A stretch of DNA of 64,000 nt from Amoebophrya sp. A120 (GCA_905178155.1 CAJINV010000005.1:7246989-7310988); one strand, 5' to 3'. Shown: positions 1-12,281, numbered from the stretch's first letter. Numbers and translations: made by a program. The notes: generated from the letters alone by a model not told the origin.

Positions 1-229
1 AGAAATGAGTCCCAGTCTGAGCCTGCATAACGACCAACCGGCGCTGCACCAGGAGGTTATCCAAGCTGAAATGAAAATCGTGTTGTAGACGATATTTCTA
101 CATAGCAAGTGGCCTTCGTTCATCGAAATGGAAATTGTGATGCATACAGCACAAGAACACTCGACCACCGGTGAGTTGTCCCCTGATCTTGATTATTTTT
201 CTACCGTTTTGATTTTGAAAAAGATTTTT

Positions 230-315
230 TTGAAGACGGACCTGGCATCATGATGATGCGAGAAGAGGACGTGGAGATGAACGACATCAAGTACCAGGAA
301 CAATTTGGTCGATGA
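230..315 (+). CDS. Probable last exon of an upstream gene (..MMMREEDVEMNDIKYQEQFGR*)
   Basis: GC3-rich codon run ending in TGA, preceded by intron-like sequence containing the TTGTGATGC introner motif. Confidence 0.4.
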
Positions 316-511
316 GGTGACTACACACACAGCTTCCTTGTTTCAGTTTTATGACGGTGCACAATTACTCCTTCTCCCCCCCCATGTAGTGCTGGTTGGT
401 GTGGGAAAGCCTTGCATCTTCAGCATGACAGGGGGCAGCTGGAAGTGGGAAACAGCATGACAAATTGGCAGACTATACTTACTTCTGTTTATTTTTACGA
501 ACAACCTCCTG

Positions 512-558
512 TAATTCAAATACAAATTCTTCATCTTCACCCACACCTTCGTGCTTTA
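512..558. repeat. ~50 bp junction motif, copy 1 (TAATTCAAATACAAATTCTTCATCTTCACCCACACCTTCGTGCTTTA)
   Basis: Near-identical copies at 1302-1345, 21865-21920 and 23798-23845; partial copy at 23253-23282. Confidence 0.9.
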
Positions 559-1055
559 CTCCCAGATACTTAATTAGCGGCCCTTTCCTAAGTCCGGACA
601 TTTCACTCCTTGTCACATACCCAACGCCGAAGAAAAAAAAAAGAACTTGATATAAGTCGGAACGTGTCCAGGAGCTGCGTCTGCAGCTACTCGCTCTTGT
701 GCAGCAGGCGCGCTCCCTTTAGTTCCGTACAACAAAAGAAGCAAGAGGCTTGTTTACAAGGAGCCTACACTTTATCAGTGGCGTAGGCTTCTGAAGCAGC
801 TTGCACAGGGAAATATCGCAACGGAAGAAGTAGAAACAGCCAGTCAAAGAAAGCTTTCGACAGCTCGGAAACTTTAGTCCCCGTCGGCTGCCACCCAATT
901 TGCGCGGGGAGTATTGGGGCACGAATTTCGAGTAAGCAGCCCTCTGAAACGCACCAAAGCAGTGCGCGCGTACTTAGACGTAGAAAATAGGTGGGCAAGC
1001 AGCGTAGATAGGTTGCAATGCTCGGGGGCTCGCGGGATATACGGGCACTGTAAGC

Positions 1056-1274
1056 AAAATAAAAAAAGCCCGGGTAGGAAAAATGCATTTTGCGTTTTTT
1101 CCTACCCGGGGTTTTTATTTTCAAAACCCCGGGTAGGAAATATTTATCCGCTGATCTGCACGTCTGTGAGAGTGATAACAGCTGATAAACATTTCCTACC
1201 CGGGGTTTTGAAAATAAAAACCCCGGGTAGGAAAAAGTGCAAAACTCATATTTCCTACCCGGGCTTTTTATTTT
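1056..1274. repeat. Nested palindromic (foldback) element built from CCCGGGTAGGAAA/TTTCCTACCCGGG units
   Basis: Six alternating copies of the unit; the whole stretch is an imperfect inverted repeat. Confidence 0.85.
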
Positions 1275-1301
1275 CAAAACCTCGTATAACCCCTTCGAAA
1301 G

Positions 1302-1345
1302 TACAAACTCTTCATCTTCACCCACACCTTCGTGCTTTAGTTTCT
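1302..1345. repeat. ~50 bp junction motif, copy 2
   Basis: Matches 512-558 and 21865-21920; overlaps the start of transposon homology through TTTCT. Confidence 0.9.
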
Positions 1346-1802
1346 TAAAAAAACAAAATCCACCCACTTTAGATCAATGCGCAGAGCCGCCGGAGCAAGA
1401 CAGCCGGCGGCCTCGCGACCGGGGCCGGGGCACGGGGAGGATTCGCGCCTTTTTTTGTTCGTGAAAGGTCGAGCGCATGACTTTTTTCTTAGTTGTTGGA
1501 AGCTCGGGCTAAAAGCTCGCGCCACCGGGGGCAGACCAGGTGCAAGAGTCGTCCCTTTTTCCGTGAGGGGCCGAACTCATGACCTTTCTATCTTTTTTGG
1601 TTGGGCGCGGGCGCCCGAGCTAGCTGGTATCGGTATCGGTGCGCTTATTCCGGTCGTGATTCGCCGGGGGTTGCGCCGTGTGTTGTAACAGTAGGCCGAC
1701 ACCACCAGAGCATCGACGCTACCTAGCCTGCGCCGCGTTGGCCATACAAAAACCCCTTGAATCCTAAATCGGAAACATCAATCCGGATGCCTCTAAAACG
1801 CT

Positions 1803-1857
1803 CAATTAGCGGCAAACCCGGTAATGCCTGTGAATTCCAAAAACCCATGACTCTCGC
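1803..1857 (+). repeat. Inner left inverted repeat (CAATTAGCGGCAAACCCGG...)
   Basis: Its reverse complement aligns with 21418-21473 (...CCGGGTCTGCCGCTTATTG). Confidence 0.75.
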
Positions 1858-3328
1858 CGTGCATCGAGCCCTAGTCGCGCTTCATAATGTCCGAGGAGAA
1901 TTGTCTCTGCAAATTTGGCGAACCACGTTGGAAGCGAGCCACGCCCGTGTCGTGTTGAGAAGGTGAAACTTGATTCCCGAAGTTGCAACGTGGGCCAATG
2001 GAGACGGAGATCAGCTGTACTTTTTCTTTCAATCTCTTTCATTATAATTATCTTGTCGTGCCTGAATTAGCATTGGCCTCTCTGTAAGTACTTAGTCATC
2101 AGGAGCTAAATGCTTTATGACTCTGCAGCGCGATGTGTTACGGGTATGACTTTGCATGGTCGAGAACGAAGCTGCGCTATAAACGTTGCCCCCGAAAACT
2201 TCTCCCAGGTGGTCGCGATCCCGCCGAGTTCTGGAAGCGCAAGCATGCGCGGCGACGTCGTGGGCCAAGGGCCGGAGCACAGGTCGAATGTCCTGGGGCG
2301 GGCGGAAGACGCGTGTAAACAAAGGGCTTCCGATGGAGGACTGGTGAAGTGTCTCAGGCAGTGAAAACAAAACGAAAAACGCTGTCTACGTACAAGAAAG
2401 ACCTGTTCTCCAAATATGAAAGCGCTTGCGCATCGCTGAGAATGATTGGACTATGTACGACAAGCACAGGCGTTTTTACTTCTTCTCTCGCTCAAATTTT
2501 GAGAAAGTTTGGAACGCATCCTGGCAGGCACTTGCTGCGGAGCCTGTGGCCTTCTTCTCGCCAGCCGTCAGTGGTGCGTAGTGCTTGCACCGACTGGCCC
2601 GGCGCGCCGACGCTCCTGTTGTCTCGGAGCCGGTGCAATGTTCAGCTGTGGGCCCGATGGAAGATCGTCTCCAATCGTGTCAGACGTGTCTAAGTGCCTA
2701 CGGTGAAACTTACTCGTGCTTTCTAGCATGACAGAACGAGCTCGAGCACTGATGATTGGGCACGAGAGTAGGGGCGCAAAAGGGTAAATAAAAGATCACA
2801 GGAAAAGCCACTGCGCTGCTCTGTCGTGAATGAAGATCGTGAGTCACCACAAACGAAGATCGTGGGGCAGCACAGACGCAAATCGTGGGCAACAGATGAT
2901 GAAAATCGTTTTTCGCAAATCGAGGGGCTCTCTAATCGCAAGCATGCTATCAATTGAAATGAAAACGCTTAAAGCTCGCTGAAATGAAAATACATCACTT
3001 GGAATGAAAGCACTCAACTTGAAACGGAAATACACTAATTTTTTCGCAGTCGCGCGAATTTTCGACTTCTTCACTTTACTTTGCAACCCGAAGACCGTCT
3101 TATTCATTTTATATTGCAACGCAAGGCCAAGACCTCTTTTTGATAAAGCTTAGTAAGTCTCTCAGCACCCTTACGCCCTATCTATTTCGTCCAGCTACGA
3201 ATAAATATCCATCGTCTATCTGCAAACCCACACTACTTTACGCGACATACTTCCACTCAGCGCTGTAAGTAAGAGCCTTCGTTGTATATAATTTCTGTAG
3301 AGCCGCCAGTGCAGACACCGCGCCTCAT

Positions 3329-4197
3329 CATGAACCAACTCCAGCCCCTCCAAGGCGCGCCGCAGGGTGCGGCTGTGGATTGGCAGCAGGCGCTCCTGGC
3401 CGAAGTTGTCGCGGCCGTGCCGGCAGAGTATAAAAAAAAGAGAACGCACACGTCGTACACCTTGCGGAACCGCCTGAAGTTTGGCCTTTTGGCTTTGCGA
3501 CTGGAAGTAGCCGGCTGGGACTATCAAATGCAAAAGTGATATCTGGGTCTGGAAGATTCTAAACTTGTGATGCTGGAGGTGTCTCTGGATTCGTAAAAGT
3601 ATTGCGCGACAAGCAAGAAAAGTAGAATTTGTGCTCCGCGGAGATGGCATTTGTCATGCGGAGGAAGCGCTCTAAAAAGTAAGAACCTGTGATGCTAGGC
3701 CATGCATTGCAGGCATTATGGATCATGCAAAACAAATCTTGCAATCTCCCAGACCCAAACACTTTTGCTTTTGATAAGGACGACATGCGAACAATTCGCG
3801 ACGTTTTGACGACCAAGGAAAAGCACCGAACAGAGAAGGTCCTGAAGATGATGTCCCGCGGGAAGGAGATGGCTTTGGAGGTTTTCCTCCCACAGCAAAT
3901 CGCCGAAGCCTGGAAAATATGGATTGCAAAAATGTCTGGGTCTGGAAAGTTGGAACTTGTGATGCTGCGTTTGGATTCTAAAACAATCTGTATTGCATGA
4001 GCAGCAAAGAGAATAAAAAAAATTTTGCTACAAGGAAAGAGCATTTGTCATGCGGTATAGGCATCAAGAAGTCCTCACAAAATCTGTGATGCTAGGGCAT
4101 GCATCACAGACATCAGGAGTCCTGCAAAATGCGCATGACAGACCTTGGATCCTTCCAGACCCAGACATTCTTCCATTTGATAGAGAAATCTCGGTGA
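3329..4197 (+). CDS. Small spliced basic protein (~110 aa, 3 exons), possibly HTH DNA-binding
   Basis: Removing introners 3522-3776 and 3918-4182 gives MNQLQP...KKKRTHTSYTLRNRLKFGLLAL...AGWDDMRTIR...AWKSR*. The RxxYT..RLK pattern resembles transposase N-terminal HTH motifs (weak). Confidence 0.6.
3522..3776. mobile_element. Introner, family A (TATN4TGCAAAA..TCTGGGTCTGGAAG)
   Basis: Terminal IR, GGAC direct repeat, frame restored. Confidence 0.85.
3918..4182. mobile_element. Introner, family A
   Basis: TATGGATTGCAAAAATGTCTGGGTCTGGAA...TTCCAGACCCAGACATT..TTTGATA. Confidence 0.85.
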
Positions 4198-6513
4198 CCT
4201 CGACTCGTTTCTATGAAAGCGGGGAAGGCTTCGGAGGGTAAGTAGGTCTAGGCACTCAGCGAGCTTCAAGATTTTTCATCATAGTGGTAGTTATAGTAAG
4301 TCGCCGCATTTACCTTGGTAGGGTAAGTAAGAGTGGCCCTGTCCTCCACGCCAACACTTACCTGCTTACCCTCGAGCCTTTCTGATTGATAGCGGCTCTT
4401 GAAGCATTATTCTTCGAAGGAGCTGGATCGGTTACGGGATGTGGGGGCCGGGCCGAAGGTCGTTGTGCCTGAAATACGGGAGTCCGTATATGAAATGTTC
4501 ATCGAGTAGAGCAGGGAAAACAAAACGCACACCCGGCGCGGGCATTTCGGCCCCCGGCTGGGGGCTTCTGGGCTCGGCGCTGAATCGCCTGCAGAAGCAG
4601 GGTTCAAACTCTTCGGAAGAAGTAAGAAGCGAATAGTCTCTGATTGCTGTTGGCAGCAAAGCTTTTGAGGCAGGGGCCGGGCGGCTGTGCCTGGTAAGAA
4701 GAGTCTTTAAGGCTGGGGCCGGGTGAACAAAAGCGCGCTCCCCCGCGCGAGTTGACGCCCAAAGGCCTGCGCCCGGGCCATTGGCCTGTAGAATTCATGC
4801 TCTCCTGCAAATGTTGCATTTCCGCGCGGATCGCACATTTTCGCGCCTTTTGTTATTTTGCGGACGGTTTTAGCGTTGCTGCGTAGCCTGGGCGCAGATC
4901 ATCTAGAAACACACATGGCAAATAGGCCGAAGCTCGCGACAACGCAGCGTCAGAGAGGCGCCCTGATATCCGAGGGAGCCGCGGCTGCTGCGTCTGCGCA
5001 TATTTTGCATCGCGCAGCGGCCGCGTCCTATTCCTTGGAGCCTTTCAGCGCCCGGAGCTTTGGAGTTGCGTTTAGTATTGTCCTGGTAGCATCCTTTCGG
5101 AATGAGCACGAAAGGGTGCCAGGGCACAGCTCTGCGACCACTTAGCACCCTAAAGAATCGCTGCTGTGGCGTTTGCGCATTTTTTACTTTGTGCAGAGGC
5201 CGTTGCCCTTTTTCTGTAGTCGCTACGATGTTTCTTTACTCTTTGGCGAAAGTTTTTTCATCCTATTTCGCCACCATGGCTGGCCCGGGCAAGATTCTCC
5301 TGCTTCGAGCAGTTGCTTGCTTCTCACAAAAGTGCTTGCGCTGTTGCTGAAAGTCCTCGTTGCTGGATTTCTATTGTTGCCTGCGCGCCACGAGAGAAGG
5401 TAATAAATTAATCAGCGCATGGCTGCGCTCAGTCGTGACCTTGTAGACATTGGGTATTTGAAAGGCGCGCTGCTGCTACAAGTGCGCGTGGTTTTGTTTA
5501 TGCAGCGGCCGTTGCCTCTTTTCTGTAGCCGCTCTGGCCGGTTTTTTTGCTCTGTCTTCGGCGTGTCCAACATCTAGCGCAGGCACCGTGCCCTTGGGTG
5601 CCCATTGTGGGTCGGGTTTTGCGACGCGCAGTCCACGCAAATTGGCGTAGGAGGTGCGACTGTCGAGGGTAGGAGTGGGAACTCTCTGTTCTAGTAATTC
5701 AAGACAAAGCGGCGCGGCCAATGAATTACAGAAAAAGGCACGGCTGCTTCATTTGCGCACTTTTTCCACTGCACCTTGGCCGGCGCCTCCTTTCCGTAAC
5801 GTGTCCCCTAGCAGTTTGCTTCCAATGTTGTTTCTCGTAAGTGTTGGACCGCGCTAGTTCTCAGTAGCCTTGCCGAGCAAATTTCTCTTGGTGCTAGAAC
5901 TGGGCGTGGTTCTCTTTCCGTGAAATACCTTGGCTTCGCAAGAAGCAGACTGCCCTCAGTCCCCTTGTTGATGCTTGCTTGGGATGTGAACTGAAATTGT
6001 TTCCATCATCCGGGGAGAGAAGCTGCTGGCGCTGCCCTGTGATTGAAAAGGAGAAGCCTCAGCCATGAGCGCCCCCATTGAGGGAGTAGAAGCGGGGCTG
6101 TAAGCACCCCCGTCCGCAAGTCAGTAGCAACACGTCCGGGGCCCCCTTCAATGCGAACTCTCACCCAGGGGCTCCTCGGGCTTGAAGAGTTGCGAACCAG
6201 GGGACGCCTCTTTCCTACGCAGAAACACAGCGCATTCACTTACTTACAGGCCAGGGGGCGCGTGTAATGCAAGGCACTCACTTACAGCTAAACTGCTTTT
6301 TGCATACCGTATGCAGAAAGCATTTCGTCTGTAATTAGGTCGTGCATCGTCCAGCCAATGTTCATGTTGGCAGAAGCAGCACGTATCATCCTGCCACTGG
6401 TGAGACGGAAAACGATTTACAGAGGGTCTTGGGTGGGAGCTGGAGCCTCAACTTCCGCACCTTTCAAAGTTGCGAAAGCCCCCGCTCGCGGGAGACACAA
6501 AAACAGACTGAGT

Positions 6514-6733
6514 GTCACTGTAGTAACGTCGTGTAATTGCGGTCACACGGCGGCACCATTGTGGCACTCAGTTTTCTTGTTCTCCCGCGCGCGGCCACGG
6601 GAACTTTTCCGACTTAAAGTCAGAAAAGTTCCAGCTCCCGCTTGCGGGAGGAAGGAGAAAGTCGGTTTCACCGTAGTGCCGTCGTGCAAATGCGGCCACA
6701 CGGCGGTGCGCTGGCATTCAGTTTTTTCTCTCT
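6514..6733. repeat. Diverged ~65 bp direct repeat pair
   Basis: CACTGTAGTAACGTCGTGTAATTGCGGTCACACGGCGG vs CACCGTAGTGCCGTCGTGCAAATGCGGCCACACGGCGG. Confidence 0.7.
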
Positions 6734-6748
6734 CGAGAGAGAATTTAG

Positions 6749-9700
6749 GAATAGGAACCAGCTGCGCCACACCAGGGGATCATGTGCGCCAGCACCCTAT
6801 GGAAGCTGCGCATCAAAGCCGCAAATGTTGCGTTTGCGGATTGGATGTAAGCTCTCGAGGGACTGCAAATTGTCAAGGGGCATTGCGATAAGTAGTTCAG
6901 GGTCGATGGCGAGACCAAAGGGCCCCGAGCCTCCTTGGAGGGCCGACCGGGTGCGCAGTTTTGTTTTCCGCTGCATAGCGCATTGCGGTTCGCGAGGGCG
7001 AAGGTCAGTTCGAATCTATTAATCACATTGGGCGAGGCCTTCCGCAAGCAGTACGAACGGGACAACACCACGACCGTGATCGATCCGGAAACCGGCAAGG
7101 AGACGAAAGTGCTGCCGAAGACGCCGAAGATCAACTGGGACTGGGTGCGGAGGTTTATGGTGGCCTATGACCTCTCGCTTCGCGTGCCGAATACCAGGCC
7201 GAAGCTCAGCCCCTACAATCGAAAGGCGCGGATGGGGTCGAGCTGGCTCGCGAGTTGGGGGGTCATTCACGCCCTGGATTGCCTCGGGTGGGCGTGCGAG
7301 CTGGTCAACGTGGACGAGAAGCCGTGCCTATCCTCCGGAAGAATTTGCCGCGCCCGCCCGATGATTGAATGTCCTCAGGTGCTTTGTCATGTTGTTTGCG
7401 TGACGAAAGTGGCGCTGTCTGTGTGTCTGATGAATAGAAGCAAGCACACCTGCAGGCTAGACAGACGCGCGCTAGAATGTGACCTGGTAGAAATTGCATG
7501 ACAGTAGTGACAGCCTGCATGACAGTAGTGGCGCAATAGTTGCAGGCTATTGCTGGGCGGCCATCTGCGTGCGCGGCCACTTCTTCCTTCTATAGCCTTG
7601 GATGAACATGACTTCCACGAAGAAGTGCATATCCTTCAAGGGCGAGGACCGGGTGGAGGTCATTGACAACCACAATCAGTCACGTGCCAGGTGCGCTCTT
7701 TTTTGATTTTGACTTTATTTCGCACCCCAGTCTCGTCCGTTTGTTTTGGTTTTTGTCCATCGCAATGCAGTCTAGTTTTACCTACAGCTGCGTCCGGATA
7801 AACATACATATGAACTCCCTTCACCAAGCGAAGTCCAGAAGCAAGAAATGTTTCGAAATACATACGAACCCCCGCCCTCAGGTTTACCGTCTTAACGATG
7901 TGCTGCTCGAATCAACGGGCGGACGGCCCACCTCCGCCCATCGAGTTGGTGTTTAGAGCTACGGAAGACGGACAAGTGCAGCAGAAGTTGGACGAGATCG
8001 AGAAGCCCGACTGGATGAAATTGCTTACAGCCCCGAAGGGTTCGTACAGCGCGGAATTGTTCGACGAGTCAATCAAGCGGATTGCTTTCCGTAACCGGAA
8101 ACAGAACAAGGTGACTGTGCTGTTTTTCGATCACTTTTCTGGCCACAAGATCCCGCCGCCACACGTATGCGGGGCCCTTTGGGTCATCTGTATTTTCATT
8201 GGTGCCTGCTGCACCGATTCCATCCAGGTATAGTATAGTGCGAGTTTTTTCATTCCCAGGCTTTTAAGTTTCTAAGAGTTTTGCTCCTAAGTAAGCCGCC
8301 CAGATTTTCTACTTCTAGAGCGATGAAGTCAAAGGGCGCCGCAGTACTCAGACTGCTTGACACGCAAGCGCATTGCTACACTGGTTAGACTTCAAATGAA
8401 ATCAATGGCGTCCGCTAATCAACTTCAAATGCGGTCAATGGCTTCAAATGAAATCAACTTCAAACGAAATCAACTTCAAACGAAATCAACAGATGCTTGA
8501 TACGCATGTTCATCGCGCTCTGCAGAATACCCTCCGGGAGATCGAGATAACCACCGACGCCGCGCAGATTCTGCAGCGATTCAGGGAAGGCGGTGGCTTT
8601 CGCATGACTATCACAACGCGGAAGGCTGCGGTTGAGAGGGTACGGAGAGCGTGGCTGCAGTTGCCGCATGCAGAGTACACCAAGTCCTTCCGTGACAACG
8701 GGTTTATTCCAGATGCGGACCCCGAGCAAATCCAACGAGCAATTCGCGACGACTGGACTAGCTTGAAGGAGAAAAACATGAAGTCGATGCTCGACCGGGC
8801 CAAAGGTGTCGCTGCGAAGTATTCGCATTTGCAGCTGCCGTATCCGCGGCAAACGAAAATCGCTGGGCGTATCTGGCTAGGAATTGCAAAAGCATCCCAC
8901 TAGTATAAATTGCATCACAAACGATTTTCTCAGCATGAAGAATTGAGTTTGTCAGTAGGTATTGCCAACTTGGAGAGGAAATTTCTTATGCATGCCTGCA
9001 ATTAGTGCGAGCACTTCCTTTTTGTATGGCAGCAGGTTGCTCTTTAGTTTTTCTTGCATCACAGACGCGGGCTGCGCTCTGGCCTACCTAGCATTCTCGA
9101 CGAGGAAAGTTCGTGCATTTAAGCCTGCTGATTGACTTTTCGGTTCTGCAGGGTATCCCCAGGCCTTTTTTCGTCCCATAAGCGAACCAGTGCGGCGATT
9201 CAGGACATCCGCAGCACAATCATCACGCCGGACTTGCAGCGGATTGGCGACCCGGGGACCGACTTCGAAGGGCTTGAGCAGATGTTTTGGAAAGACTGGC
9301 ATCCTGATGGAGCATCCGGCTTCATGAATGGCGACGACCAGGATTTGGACGAGCACCCAGACAGCGATGTAGAGCAGGGTGGAAACAGGAAGAAGTCGCC
9401 AGTGGCTGATCCGAAAAAGAAGGCCGCCATATCGAAGAAGAGGCAAGAGCTTATCAAGATCGCACGCGGTTCGGGGCTCGTCACAAATCGCGAAGGGGTT
9501 GGCGAGGTGATGCAGGACGGTCGAAAGGTAGCAGACATGAGCCAAAAACAGCTGATGGAGTCCTATGCTGCCCACGCGGCCGGGCTAGGGGAGTTTGGGA
9601 CGCGGGACCGAACGGCTAGGCGGCTTGAGATCGTGAAGGCGCGGGAGGATGAAAATGGGGCCCCAAAGAAGAGTTTATACGAACGCTTTAACGAGAAAAC

Positions 9701-11118
9701 AGTCAGCTCGACGGACTTCGAGGAGGAGATGAAGGAACAGGCGAAAAAAGCTAAAATCGACCAGACGCATATTAAGTTCGCGCGGGCGGCCCAGCAGTTT
9801 CTGGAGAAAGACAGCAAACGACCAGAGCCTGCGAAAGACCTTGCCTTGTTTCAGCCTGACAGCATGCGGAACGCCGCACACGCGAAATTCGCAATCCAGG
9901 CTGCTTTTTGCTGCGACGACAAGAAAGCCCGCTTGATCCATGAATATTGCACCCTGAAAAACGTTATGCTTTGCATATGTGCTTGCGCGTTGGCCTGAGC
10001 GCCGTCACAAATCGCATGACAGATTGCGACTGTGCTTGGTAAATTGCATGACAGATCATGGCTGTGCTCCGTAGATCGCATGACAGATTGCAGCTGTGGC
10101 TGGTAAATCGCATGACAAATTGCCGGAGCCCGCATGGTCCGGGGCCCGCATAAAACACGCACTGTGTCGCAGCGGATGTCGCGTGACAAATCTCAGCTCC
10201 CCAGGAGCAGGCACATTTGCAAAGCACACTCGCGAAAACAGCCCCGGAGCACCCAGCTCACTGCATGTTTCTGCAGCGAAAGTTGCAGGGCAAGGAGAGC
10301 GAGGGCATCGGCCACCTCATTGCAGCCATTGTGAACAGGGTCCAGTTCAGTATCCTGTGCAACAGTATCGCTCTCGTAGTAATTGCAGTCATGCATTGCA
10401 AATTTTCCTCCTAACGTAAATCCGCATAACAAATTCTATTTCGCAGGCTGAGGAAATCCGCATGACAAATTTTATTTCGAGGAAATTTGTAATGCATTTA
10501 TTACAAACGCGATACATTTTGCAATGCATATCCAGACTGGTGGAACAACGAAAAAACGGCGTAGACATGGCGACATGGTTGACACACACAATGGCGGCGG
10601 TTGAGCGGAACCTGACCACGCTAAGGGCCGAGAGGAAGAGATACCTAGCGGAGGTAGCCGCGCATAAGGCTAGGACGCCGGCTGAGCGGGCCTACCTACT
10701 GGAAAAATTGGAGGCAGCGCGGGCCGAGGAGCAGCGCGTCCTGGCCGAGCAGGCACGCAAAAAGGAAAAGGAGAAGCAGGAAAACGAGCGCCGGAATCAG
10801 CAGCTCCAAGCCCCGGGCGCCGCTAGTAGTAGTTCTTCGAAAGCAGGCCAGGGAGGCGCTGCTAGTAGTACTTCTTCGAGAGGAGACCAGCACGCAGGCG
10901 CTGCTAGTAGTACTTCTTCGAAAGCGGGCCACGTGGGCGCTGCTAGTAGTAGTTCTTCGAGAGCAAGCCAGCACGCGGGCGCTGCTAGTAGTAGTTCTTC
11001 AAGAGCAGGCAACGCGGGCGCTGCTAGTAGTAGTTCTTCGAGAGCAGCCCAGGCACAGCAGCGGCCCGCCCCTTCCAACAGCTTGCCATCTTCTTCGGAC
11101 CTTGCTCGCCGGCGGTGA
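6749..11118 (+). CDS. Spliced pogo/Tigger-like (CENP-B HTH + DDE_1) transposase with long C-terminal extension; 5' end unresolved
   Basis: Exon translations give WVRRFMVAYDLSLR (CENP-B HTH), LVNVDEKP (D1), RFTVLTMC..DGPPPPIELVFR, VLFFDHFSGH (D2), CTDSIQMLDTHVH (D3; about 34 residues from D2) and AW..SFRDNGF. GT-AG introns at 7691-7881 and 8228-8492, plus introner-type introns. Confidence 0.85.
9965..10228. mobile_element. Degenerate introner with internal 32 bp tandem array
   Basis: TATGCTTTGCATATGTGC...GCACATTTGCAAAGCACA IR; GCATGAC at 10014, 10046, 10078 and 10110. Confidence 0.65.
10351..10530. mobile_element. Introner, family B (TATN4TGCAAAAGTATCG)
   Basis: TATCCTGTGC...GCAATGCATA flanked by TTCAG/TCCAG. 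Confidence 0.85.
10816..11048 (+). repeat. 39 bp coding tandem repeat x6 (GAASSSSSRA..)
   Basis: GCGCTGCTAGTAGTAGTTCTTCG repeated in frame in the last transposase exon. Confidence 0.9.
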
Positions 11119-11529
11119 TTGCATTTGATGGGGTGCTCGCAGCTGGAACGCACACTTCAGAAGCATCTTTTTATCACACTACACAATTATCTTTTTATCG
11201 TTGCTCTCTCTACCTTCGCCTGTTACCACGATAGATGCATACTCTCGAGCTCGCGCTTTGATTTATACTACTACTTGTTCCCACACCTACAATAGCTTCG
11301 CTTTCTTGTCGATTGTTAGCCACCCCCTTGGCGTCAGCCGTCAGCCGAAGTGTGGCAAGATTGCTTTTTTGTTGCTCATCCTGCACGCCTGGGGCCTGTT
11401 GGGCTCCATTGCCCTGCCGTGTTCACCTAGGTAGCTGGCCCGCCCACGTAGCAAGCCGGAGACCCGGCCACCTAAGGGCGCGGGCTTCGCAGAGCCAGCG
11501 GGCATCCGCTGGTCGGTGCGCCCCTCGGC

Positions 11530-11737
11530 GCCGACGTTTTGTCACAGAAGTGGGCCCCGGGCACTCCGTTAACGCGACCTATGGGTACCCATAGGTTGTG
11601 TTTATCGTGAGCTGTTTTTGGACTTTTCGGTGTGCAGGCAAAAAGCCGAAAACAGGCTGCGATAAACACGACCTATGGGTACCCATAGGTCTGGTTAACG
11701 GAGTGGCGCAGGGCCACTTCCTGGACACAACGTCGGC
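11530..11737. repeat. ~208 bp foldback element with two internal ACCTATGGGTACCCATAGGT palindromes
   Basis: GCCGACGTT...AACGTCGGC arms pair along most of their length. Confidence 0.85.
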
Positions 11738-11977
11738 CTACGTCACGGGGATGCTCCTTGATCTACTTAACACGACCTTTGGCCATGCAAAGGTCATGTT
11801 AACCATTTTTTTTTCCACGTATATGCAGGAAGTCCGGGCCCCAGCGCTTCAGTGCCTCCCGACGTGTGCATGGGGGCACTGCGTTGGCAGACACTTTTTT
11901 CTTCCCCGCAGGAGCGGGATCTGGAACAAAGTTTGAAAAGATGTCGAAGGAGACATCTTTTCAAATTTTTGTCGAGC

Positions 11978-12064
11978 GGCCTCGATCAGAGGTCGGCCTC
12001 GATCAGGGGTCGGCCGCGATCAGAGGTCGGCCGGCCTCGATCAGAGGTCGGCCGCAATCAGGGG
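11978..12064. repeat. 17-21 bp tandem repeat x5 (GGCCTCGATCAGAGGTC)
   Basis: Direct reading of the sequence. Confidence 0.85.
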
Positions 12065-12281
12065 TCACCTGTTGTCCGCCCCGAGGGCTCGTCAGTTTAT
12101 TTTGTAGAACTGAGCAGCACCAGCTTCGCCTTCGCGCGATCCAAATCGCGTGAAAGCGGGGGCAAGAGATAACCCCCTACATCTTGTAACCTTATCGGGT
12201 TTAGGTATCTTTCTGCTTTGCTGGTCGCGCCCGCGGGGTCAAGGGGGTTCAGTTACCAACGGGGTCAAGGGGGTTTAGTTA

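Noticed and set aside
512-558. Junction motif as a dinoflagellate spliced-leader relic
   Set aside because: It has no similarity to DCCGTAGCCATTTTGGCTCAAG on either strand.
765-1688. ORFs 765-1367, 914-1348 and 1377-1688
   Set aside because: They are by-products of palindromic and TIR-element sequence, with no coding bias.
3522-3776. Introner terminal TA as a Tc1/mariner TA target duplication
   Set aside because: Frame restoration requires removing both TA dinucleotides plus one copy of an outer 4-5 bp repeat, so TA belongs to the element.
4400-6000. Minus-strand gene with repeated QRPLHK motif
   Set aside because: A ~45 bp duplication is visible (5180 and 5492), but the frames are broken by stops and I could not build a model. 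At most it is a decayed remnant.
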